The notes beneath the pieces are model-generated. The model was not told the DNA's origin, made no database searches, and saw only the letters and a program-made list of their open reading frames with translations. DNA of 8,863 nt. Source: Paraspadella gotoi (Eukaryota; Animalia; Chaetognatha). Each line of letters begins with the position of its first letter. The first letter of the stretch is position 1. Positions 1 through 8,092 of this stretch are shown here, one piece after another. The stretch covers positions 1 to 8,863 of the forward strand of contig JBJCIZ010001119.1 in NCBI GenBank assembly GCA_051294375.1. The letters are read 5' to 3'. A program made the translations under genes and the position numbers.

Positions 1-520
1 CGTCCACTAACAAATTTGAAAGTTTATACTTTGTCGTAAAATTAAACACACTGACCCCATCCGCCACAGTTAAATTGCGCCCCGTGTTTAGTCTATTCAA
101 TGTCACTGTTCTCTCTCTTGGTAAGTGCTTCGCTCTCCCTCGGCAGTAAATTGTGTTGGAAAATAAAATTTATTAATTGCTCTTTACATTAAAGCTACGA
201 GCTAAAATTTTATATATATGAAAGAATTTTTAAAAATGATTTAAATTCAGCGAGAACGTTTTAGTTCTATGTGGTCATGGTCACTGGCCACCGTGAGTAA
301 CGGTGTGAGTTGATTAGCCCACTGACTTTACACTGACGCGACCACTAAGCGCCGACAAAGGTTACGACCTACACACAACTTCGAAATCTCTTTAACTTAC
401 TTTTTCGTTTCACCGCTTATAATTGCTTTGTTTAGACAATTGCTGATATAGACTGTCAATTTTCTTGTTGTTTTAGATTTGATATTAATATTTAGAGCAA
501 TACGAAAAATGCCGTTTGCT
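1..520 (-). pseudogene. Possible piggyBac-like transposase remnant
   Basis: Open frame about 150 to 1: YCRGRAKHLPRERTVTLNRLNTGRNLTVAD...KYKLS (cf. IY.GK...VV..L.....GRN.T.DN...KLT.VGT). Upstream in the expected order: NGIFRIAL (cf. G..IFRATMS), YISNCLNK (cf. F..NC), LSGRVS (cf. FRGRC). Catalytic residues are not cleanly readable. Confidence 0.35.
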
Positions 521-1024
521 AACACACATCACATAGTTTTTATTATAATGGACCATGTTCTATACTCTTATTACGAGTCTTCATCAGAAGACATTATACG
601 AGAAGACTGCTATATCATTATAATATTCATAATGTTTTCCGATTACACACATTTGAATCCGACCAATATTTATAATTAAGACAACCCAGTCTCCGCGTTC
701 ATTCTTTTTTCGTTTTTAAAGCTCTTTTTAACTATGATAAGCTTTATTTGAAAAAAGACAAAAGTTTTCGCCCGAGCCAGGGTGTTTAACAGTGCTTGAA
801 ATATTGAACACAATTTCGGCGTTTTTGGCTATTTTTTTTTTGTTTTTTATCGTATATTTTTACTAACTAAACAATTTTATTCAAGTTATTATCAGTAGCA
901 TCAATGTTTTAAATAGTCAAAAAAAACTATTTTTGCTGAACTTTCTTTTTAAATCTAACGTCAGCTTTCAATTAAAAAGAATTTTGATGTTGTAAGGCAA
1001 AAAAAAATTATTTTCATGTGATTG

Positions 1025-1647
1025 CTAACGTTTTTCAAAAGAGTCAAAAACAATATCAATGTATTCGTTGGTCTTTCTGGACATGGCACGCAGCCGCGTA
1101 TGGTATTCGACTCTTTGCCAGACATCGCTTGATGTTGGGTTTTCATTTCGAGTCTATGCGCCGTAAAGTCAGAAGCAAACTTGACAGCCCTTTTCCCAAT
1201 TAATAGTTGAAAAGCCATTGCACAAGATTGCCAGAAAGATTGATAATTTGTCATCGTCTTTCCACTCTTCACTTACCTAGGCAAGGAAAGTTGGATCAAA
1301 CTGGCCAAAGCTACATAAATATTATTGACATGTAAATTTTTTTTGAGAACAATTTAATTAAAAATATTACCTTTGAAAATAACCATGAATCTTGAGAAAT
1401 AAAAATCTTCGAGCTTTCATTCTCAGCGCAGGTATAAATGCGAGGCATTGCAGGTTTTCAATTTCGACGTGAGACATTAACATTCGAAAGAACTTAAGTT
1501 TTTTCAGCTATTGCCTTCTTTAGTCTCGTCTTTTTACCTTGTTGAAGCACAATGGCGCAAGACACTGACCTTCCATAAAGGTATCGCAAATGGGAGAGAC
1601 CTTTTCTTTGCAGATGCCCTTTCAGGATCTCGGAAAGAACGCCAGCG
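1025..1647 (-). pseudogene. hAT-superfamily (hATm-like) DDE transposase, C-terminal exons, disrupted as read
   Basis: Across frames: LSHLRYL...LAPL..NKV..KKAIAEKL (cf. HLWYLSE..V.LALF...V...K..MA..L), LAFI...RRFLF, FDPTFLA..SEEWKDD (cf. FL..DP..W), TIN..E(+1 nt)RAVKFASDF at 1165-1195 (cf. VND.AERGVKL, catalytic Glu), TRNE...VWQRVEYHTR (cf. T.DE...Q.VE.HR). Stop TAG at 1025-1027. Track ORF 961-1272 carries part of this. Confidence 0.72.
1311..1370 (-). other. 60-nt GT-AG spliceosomal intron in the transposase gene
   Basis: Minus strand reads caaag|GTAATA...very AT-rich...ttatgTAG|ctttgg. Removal joins ...IHGYFQ-S-FGQFDPTFL in frame. Supports a eukaryotic origin. Confidence 0.7.
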
Positions 1648-1989
1648 CTAATATTTTATAAGCTTGAAAATTAACTTTTTAATATAATAATATATAGTTT
1701 TTTTATATTTATTAACCCACTTAATGAAAGAATTTTTAAAAATGAATCTATATTTCTCTCTTTATCAACCTTTGACGAGGAATTCACAATCTCGCAATCA
1801 AATTAAGAAAAGCCTATTTTTTGAATTTTTCGATTTCTATAAGATCAGTACTAATATATAAATATAGCCCTACTGCGAAAAATTAAAAGGCATAAAATTA
1901 CTTTTTTTACAAATTAATTTCACGATTGTATGTTGTCAAGTTTGAATTATTGTTTCATATACTGGTCACCTTTATTTGGTTTTCTTTTA

Positions 1990-2340
1990 AGCCCCCAGTT
2001 TTGTGAGAAACCAGTTTCAAATATAGTAAAGGCGCGTCAGGAACGAGTTTTCACAGGTTCTACAATTCGACATTTTAGAACCACAATTTTCATGATTTAA
2101 TTTTTCTTTATTGAAATAGAATGTTTTCGGAATTTATATAGGAGTAGATCCGGATTTTCTTCGCTTTTTTGAGCTGGCAGAAGTTTAAGCGCAAACTTGC
2201 CAAACAGATTATTATAAATGAACTTTACCTTAAAATTACAACGTAACAGAGTAACATATAAAACAATTTAATTCAAAGTTCATTCTCCCGAATTCGACTC
2301 TAGTTCGTGATTGCGTTTTAGTGGTTTGCACCACTATTGA
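1990..2340 (-). pseudogene. Probable upstream (core) segments of the same hAT-like transposase
   Basis: NSGAN...AIT.LES (cf. SNTG...GA...LE), NLFGKFALKLLPAQKSEENPDLLLYKFRK (cf. segment after CxxH, ..P...LF..F), and R-FLTRL-Y-YLKL at about 2010-2047 (cf. ARW...IY.LK). The order fits, but the matches need frameshifts and are weak. Confidence 0.45.
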
Positions 2341-2775
2341 TAATATAACATTTAGTTATTCAAATTATGTTTAGTTATTATAGCATGTTAGGTATAATCA
2401 TGGTAAAACAAATGAACAATGAACATAATGACTATTTATATTTTACTAGATCATACTAGTAGTAGTCTTATGTTTTCCATCATCTTCTTGCTTTCTCACA
2501 AAGGATCTTTTCCAAATGATGGATGTTTATTATTTCAGTATTAATGTTTATATTATTTGTTATGTTTATTGATTGTTATTATTATTTGTTGATTGAAAGT
2601 ATAATGCTTATTGGCGGCTTGAACTTATAGCATTGCCCAACTACAGATAGTGAAAGGAAAAAAAAAAAGAATATACTACAAAGAAATATTGTCTCAGGAT
2701 CAGAAAGTAAAGGTAGCATATTCTTAGTTATATTTGGTTGTTTTACTTTTCATAGAAGTAATGAACCACAAAACC

Positions 2776-3512
2776 TTTTTATCGTCGCAATCGCTAAGCG
2801 TTTGCGACGATATTGTAACGCTTTTGCGCATAAGTGGCGTCGTCGTCGTTGTTGTCGGCGTTCCAAATTATAGATCGCCTTTTTTATGATTAAATTTGGG
2901 TGTATGAAGCTGAAAATTTATATACAGCTTCTCATCATCGATATGCTTAAAATTGAGTCTGGACAGTTATTAAATATGTTTTGTTTACGTTTTATCAAAA
3001 CAAACAAATTTTCTCTCTTTTATTTTTATGTTTCCTCCTCTCTCTCTTTTCTCTTTTAAATATATGTAGCTCTCTCTCTCTCTTTTGCCCACTGGGCAAT
3101 GCCCAGTGCTGATTCATCGGGAAAATAAAAACGAATCTGCAGCTGGCTCTGCAGGGGCTCTCTCTTTTTCTCTCTTTTCTTCTGCTGCTTCTGCTGCTGC
3201 CTTTTGATTTCTTTCTTTTTCTCTCTCTCTCTTTCTCTCTGCTTTTTTATTAAAAAAAAATTGAATTAGGATTGAACTCGTAAAATTAAGCATCGCTTTC
3301 GTGCATGTTATCATTTTGCTATCGCAAGATCGGGTTTTTATTTCGTTTTTTTTTCTTAGGTACTGCGTCTGCTAATCAGTTTATTTTTTGACAATAAATT
3401 TTCTTTTCTCAAATTTTATTTCATTTAGTATCAAAACTATCACAATTTGTGCGTCAATTCAGATTTTCTTATGCGATTGGGCGACAATTCACTTTCTGCT
3501 TTACAGATTTTT
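2776..3512 (+). mobile_element. Non-autonomous Helentron-associated element (HINE/DINE-1-like)
   Basis: T-run, then hairpin TATCGTCGCAA(2780-2790)...TTGCGACGATA(2802-2812) followed by TTGT; (CGT)n microsatellite 2838-2861; GAAGCTG-aaaatttatata-CAGCTTC inverted repeat 2906-2931; internal CT/CTG simple repeats; degenerate subterminal copy TTGGGCGACAAT (3477-3488), short hairpin TCTG-cttta-CAGA (3495-3507) and T-run. The 5' end is well supported, the 3' end less so. Confidence 0.68.
3010..3247. repeat. Pyrimidine-rich low-complexity tract with (CT)n and (CTG/CTT)n microsatellites
   Basis: Directly visible: ctctctctctctc near 3070-3082 and 3221-3240; tctgctgcttctgctgctg at 3181-3199. Confidence 0.9.
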
Positions 3513-3858
3513 GGGACTTGAACGTTACCTGATGAAAATGTGTGCATATAGTGACGTCTCGCTTGGCAAAACGTTTTAATTTTATCAGTTGCTCATTGTG
3601 GGGGAAAAATTTTTATTTTGTTCCTATCTGTTTTATTTGTTGATCTTGAAAATGTATTATTTAATAGAAATGTTATAAATTCTACAGCTTCCAAAAAAGC
3701 TATAACAAAATATAAGATTTAGGTTAAACAAAGGAATTCTGTCCTTTTTTGAAACTTGATTTGTACAATGGCCACATAGGCCTTTTCTAATGCAGATAAT
3801 AGATTCATAACATAGATTAAAGTATTTTCGGCTAAACTACTATAGCAAGCACTTTGCT

Positions 3859-3875
3859 AGTAGTTAGGAGGAGAG
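3859..3875 (+). repeat. Candidate Maverick terminus (start of terminal inverted repeat), AGTAGTTAGGAGGAGAG
   Basis: Polinton termini typically begin 5'-AG with short tandem repeats such as AGTAGT or AGAGAG. This motif lies about 0.7 kb beyond the last viral gene. The partner TIR is outside the window, so it cannot be confirmed. Confidence 0.5.
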
Positions 3876-4569
3876 TTACGAGTGACTTAAAAGTAAACGC
3901 CTTCCTGTTCTTGCCGGCTAAGTCGAAAATAGGTTTTAACATATAGGACGATAGGACCGAAATATAGAGAAAAAGATTTTAAAGCTTCGTGAGTTGTAAA
4001 ACTGTAGCCTGACCAAGAGACAAAAAATGAATAGGCATGTCTAAATACGCCAAAATACTTTTAAAATTTATTCTTTCAAAACAAATATTTATTATGTTTT
4101 TAATAATTTGTTTTATAGAAAGGTTAAGTTTTTTCTCTTTATGTGATCTGCGCAATGTCATTGATATATAACTTCGTATTAAATTGACTATCATTCTCAT
4201 TGTTAATTCAGACTTTCTTAAATAACAATCCAAATTTAAGAGGAACCCCCGAACGCGCATTGTTTTGAGTTACCGCCTTCATCCGCCACTCGTCTCGGGC
4301 TTAAATAAAACAGAAGCTAAATACGAAGCGAGCGCTAGTTCAAGTACGTTTAGTGAGAAACCAAAAAAAATTATTTTTCGATCGGCGAATCTGTTTGCGA
4401 AGAGGGATTGAAAACGGGCGGGTTGCCTGCCATATTTCTAAACGCCGCAGGCCCCGATTGACCTTGAATGCATGCAGAAATTGACATCAATTTCCTATCG
4501 ATTCGAATAAATAAAATAAGAACATCCCGAACGGACCCGGCGAAACACATGCATATCTATTCTTATATT

Positions 4570-5170
4570 AATTCCTTCTAAACATCAACTTTGATAATCC
4601 AACTGTAAATAAAAGTCCAATCCAGATACTTTCCTGGGTGTTTCCTTTAAGTCAAATGTGGTTTTGAAATAATTCCCAAAACAGCGTGATCGTTTTATAA
4701 ATGAAGTCATTCGTCGTAGAAATGACGTCAATCACTTCCAATACAATCATGTTACGGCGATAATAAACAAGGCCCGGTGAAAAATAACCGCTGAAACCCC
4801 ACAAGCTTTTGTAAGACTAAACTCAGATTGGATCTTTAAATCATGAATAAATAATATAAATCAATAAAAAGAAATGACATATTTTTTTAATACATCTTTA
4901 TCTGAATAGGTTTTTGGTCCAAGTGAACATATATACAACAATAATTTAAAAAATTTTTTTTTCTAATTGGGGTTCGAAATTAACCCAATGGTGTACCCGA
5001 ACAAGATCTAGACCACTTAAATTTATTACAATATAATAGAAAATAAAATCAAGTTTACTGTGGTAACAAGATGCTCTCGGGTAAACCCCTTTAAAAATGA
5101 ACTTTTTTCATTGTTATCCTTGAATTCTTTATAATAATAAATGTTTACTAATCGTTTCCCTGGTATCCAT
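4570..5170 (-). pseudogene. Adenain-like (adenovirus-type C5) cysteine protease of the Maverick, frameshifted as read
   Basis: ATG at 5170 (MDTRETISKHLL), FKGVYPR, YIVINL, SGT(+1 nt)HWV at about 4982-5000 (catalytic His), CSLG at about 4919-4930 in the usual DSxG position, IQSEFSLTKACG at 4798-4833 (oxyanion Gln and catalytic Cys), then NDHAV. The 3' end is approximate. Confidence 0.88.
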
Positions 5171-5174
5171 ATTT

Positions 5175-6681
5175 AAATTTGTAAAGATTCCTGATAACTT
5201 CCCTTTAAGAAGATAAGTTAAGTAAGATCTGATTTTGTCGAAATAAATAACACTAAAACTTGGGTTACCAAGCCTCCCACAGCAAAAATTTTTAAAGATA
5301 ACCGTGCTGAACCAGCTCATTTATAATATTCCAATGATACAACTGTTCTAAACATCCGCTTCCCTTCCAAAAGCAAAATGTTATACAACGCAAAAACCTT
5401 TAGAAAACTTTTCCAAAGTGATGACTAATTCCTGTCACTTTTAAGAATCAGAATCAAAATAAACCATGTATAAGCCTTTGGGTTGTAAATCAAAGTAATT
5501 CATTTAATTATTTTCCCCAATAAAATTGTAATGGCGCATTCATACAAAAACGATAATTGAATTGCAAATGTTATACGCTATTTGCTTCCAATGGATGATC
5601 AAATTTATTAACGGAGGATGAATTGATAATAACCTGCAGAAATGCACTTGCTCTTAAAGTCCAATAACAACAAAAATCTGGAATAGTAATATTTCCTGGA
5701 GAATATTTTCAAAACTGTAACTTTGAAAATTGCATCAAGAGTAAATGGTTTTTACATTAATCAAGTCTTAGATTTATGATATAGCATTTGCTTCATCAAA
5801 TGTGTGGTCTATTTCTAACTTATAACTAACTGTTCAGAAAAAGATTCACTCGCTTTATTAATAAGTTTTGGCACTTGTTAGATCTTCATAAAATAAAATC
5901 AGCATTAGGTCTATCGCTTTTTGTAAACAAAATCAAGGTCTAGCTTTAGTTTAAAACAAACTTATTGGAACCATAGGTTTGAAAGTAAATATTTATTTTG
6001 CTCAGTGTGAGTTTGGATGATTCAAATAACCTAACAAGTCATTCCGAGATAATTTTGTAAGATTGGGCTCATTTATAAATTCCCGAGATGACATGTTCTT
6101 CCTTTCATCATCAAGCTCCGATTCTGCAGCTCCCCAAATTGACAATCTGTAATACCAACCCACAAACAATGCTAAATGTTACGTTATCCCAAAGCTGAAA
6201 ATTTCCATAATTCTAATATTTGTTTCTGAATATAAGAATCATGTATGGCTGAGTAAAAATTTGAAATTAATAGCATGTATTATTTAAGTTTAATATCAAA
6301 GACCGCACTAAGACAATGGAAACTTAAAGTTTAAATTAACAAATGAACACTATTATTATTTTTCTGAGAGAATGTTCAACAGAATGGAGCAATGGAAAGC
6401 ATCATATCTGTTCGATTTGCTTTTTTTATTTTAACTTATAATAAATGTGTTAGAATCAAGAATTCAGTATCACTTCAATAGCAGATAAATGGAAGCAATC
6501 AAAAACTACTTTGGCTGCTAGATTCAAGCAGTAAAGGGTGAAAGTTGGTAAAATGACTTCCTGTAAAGAAATAGATTTTGAACTCCCAAACTTTGAATAA
6601 TGGTGGAGGATATCCAAAGCATTTGTGCACTCGATTCCATCACAATGTGCCGAATTGAATTAAAAAATAATTTGAAAACAT
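5175..6681 (-). pseudogene. Maverick major capsid protein (double jelly-roll, PY/hexon-like), frameshifted as read
   Basis: ATG at 6681, then motifs in the expected order over about 1.5 kb: IECTNALDI (cf. EC.KSELDLF), VKIKKAN, LILNLNN...PY..SYIQ, GWYY, DLLGYLNHP...QNKYLLSN (cf. G.LH.D.F.Q.KYL), SFENI...IPDF-VVIGL...AF.G (cf. DN.F.G..P...IG.V...AF.G), ITLEKFSKGFCV..FAF (cf. I...F..GY.LFAFDL), AGSARLSLKIF, SVIYFDKIR. The exact 3' end is uncertain. Confidence 0.9.
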
Positions 6682-6685
6682 TTCG

Positions 6686-7119
6686 TTAATCAAAAATAGT
6701 TGTTTTTCTTTTTTGCTTGGACGTGAATTTTTGCTTCTGTTTTCCCCTCTTTACAACCCTCTACTCTAATTTATACTATCCTCCAATTCTAATTTATTTT
6801 TTACAAAACCAAGTCTTTTTGATTCCCTGTTTTAGCATTTTTCCTTGCAGTGATGATTTTCAAAAAAAAACCTAGAATTTCCCACCCTGTTTTTTTTACA
6901 AACATACTTAAGAACTGTATCCAATTCCAACATTGTACTGCTTTCCCTTGACCCTAGCACTTTTAATTGCTCATTACTGGTTTTACTTGCTCTGATTGAA
7001 ATGTTCGAGCAACGGCAATAAAAAAATCTTGCTAGTGATCGAGAATATAACCGTTCTATTCCCTTGAACCGTTTTTGAAGATAATAACGTCTTCGAGGAA
7101 GTTTTAATTGTCTGTGCAT
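6686..7119 (-). pseudogene. Small basic protein between the minor and major capsid genes, putative core/DNA-condensing (pVII-like) protein
   Basis: Track ORF 6832-7119 starts ...RRRYYLQKRFKGIERLYSRSLARFF, loosely like the YQRGxG..F..L.R N-terminus of this Maverick gene. An alternative frame has KQGGK near 6880-6892. The tail reads in one frame KRGKQKQKFTSKQKRKTTIFD-stop (TAA 6686-6688), 4 nt before the major capsid ATG. Confidence 0.6.
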
Positions 7120-7141
7120 TCTTTTTCGAATGTTGAAGTTT

Positions 7142-8091
7142 TTATGTAAAGAAAGGCCTTAAATTAACAATCAAATCACAAGGGTTTTTTATACTGTAAT
7201 CTCGATGCTAGTCACATGACGCTTATCATTCTGGTACGTAAATGAGAACTTTTTCAAAATCTTTCTACAACACGTTTGATTATCTTTCTCCAGATAATCT
7301 GGAACCACATACGAAGTGATAATTTGAAAAGAATTTCCCAAGCAATTGTTGTAACCATACTAAATTCAAAAAATAGTAACTACTATAACATCCTTGTAGT
7401 TATTAATTCAGACTTCAACCTTTCATGATTATTTTCATTAGGCAAATGGAGGCCCCATGGATCTTTCCGATCTTTAATTTTCTTTAACTCCTCCCCCATA
7501 GTAAAAATTGGCACAAGATCTATCTTTAGCAAAGACAAATAACCTGAAAAACATTCTTCTCTTGTTCGCGCACAAATTAATTTTTTAAAATATTTCCTTG
7601 TAAAAAATATAGTGCCCACAATTTTAAATTCCCGATATACAGTTATTGAAAAGTTTCTTCGTTAACAAAATCAATCTAAATATTCGTTTTTATTCTCCTT
7701 CCAATTCTTTTAAATTTTTTATTCCATAATAAATTCTCATTCATTTTTATCACACAAACACTTGTTGAATGTTAATAATAACCTTCCCTGGCAACCATGT
7801 ACAATAATTAAACTTTTTCCCAAATCCTATTTTAACCATCATTATCAAGTATATTCCCTCTCATAAAGAAAAATGCCATATATTGTTTGAATTAAATATG
7901 CATTCATATCAATATTATTAACAGTTTCTGATGTTATGAAATAAATTCTGACAATCCAAAAATCTGTAAAATTTCAATCCACTTACCAAATGGTAAGGGG
8001 AAGAACAATTTTAAATTTTGATGGCAAGAAATTATTAAACTTCTTTTCATTAAGCTCCACTAAAACAAAGTCACGTAATAGACTTGGTCAT
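7142..8091 (-). pseudogene. Maverick minor capsid protein (penton-like, PX), frameshifted as read
   Basis: N-terminal YYVTLF...FNNFLPSKFKIVLPLTI...GLSEF resembles the family pattern FYxTLPS...N.xS.F...LP..I.L...WEVGL.EI. C-terminal YFLNLVWLQQLLG...LR, FEKVLIYVP and KRHVTSIEITV resemble YxDIV..Q.VG...LLR and YxP......TIEI. Candidate ATG at 8091 in AAAATG context, TAA at 7142-7144. Track ORF 7383-7619 lies inside it. Confidence 0.82.
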
Positions 8092-8092
8092 T

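Larger units (their letters stand above)
218..1745 (+). repeat. Exact 22-bp dispersed direct repeat ATGAAAGAATTTTTAAAAATGA (218-239 and 1724-1745)
   Basis: Both copies were read directly and are identical. Confidence 0.85.

Noticed and set aside
479-679. 66-aa plus-strand ORF
   Set aside because: TTG start, composition typical of AT-rich non-coding DNA, no recognisable motif.
778-802. CAGGGTG / TTAA / CAGTGCTTGAA as a transposon terminal repeat
   Set aside because: Resembles several DNA-transposon ends, but I found no partner inverted repeat or TSD in the window.
1018-1203. 61-aa plus-strand ORF
   Set aside because: Antisense shadow of the hAT-like transposase exon.
1712-1718. TTAACCC piggyBac-like terminus
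   Set aside because: Short motif with no matching end, located within the hAT-like region.
2458-2466. AGTAGTAGT as an alternative Maverick terminus
   Set aside because: Lies about 2.1 kb from the last viral gene, beyond the HINE and amid probable transposase sequence; 3859 fits better.
3114-3314. 66-aa minus-strand ORF rich in E/K/R/A
   Set aside because: It is the translation of CT/CTG microsatellites, with no evidence of a real gene.
3388-3579. 63-aa plus-strand ORF
   Set aside because: Non-ATG start, spans the putative HINE 3' end, no motif.
3979-4260. 93-aa minus-strand ORF as a possible Maverick cargo gene
   Set aside because: No recognisable motif and AT-driven composition. It cannot be supported, though it is not excluded given the indel load.
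4723-4730. TGACGTCA CRE/ATF site
   Set aside because: Falls inside the inferred protease coding region; a single 8-mer is not sufficient evidence.
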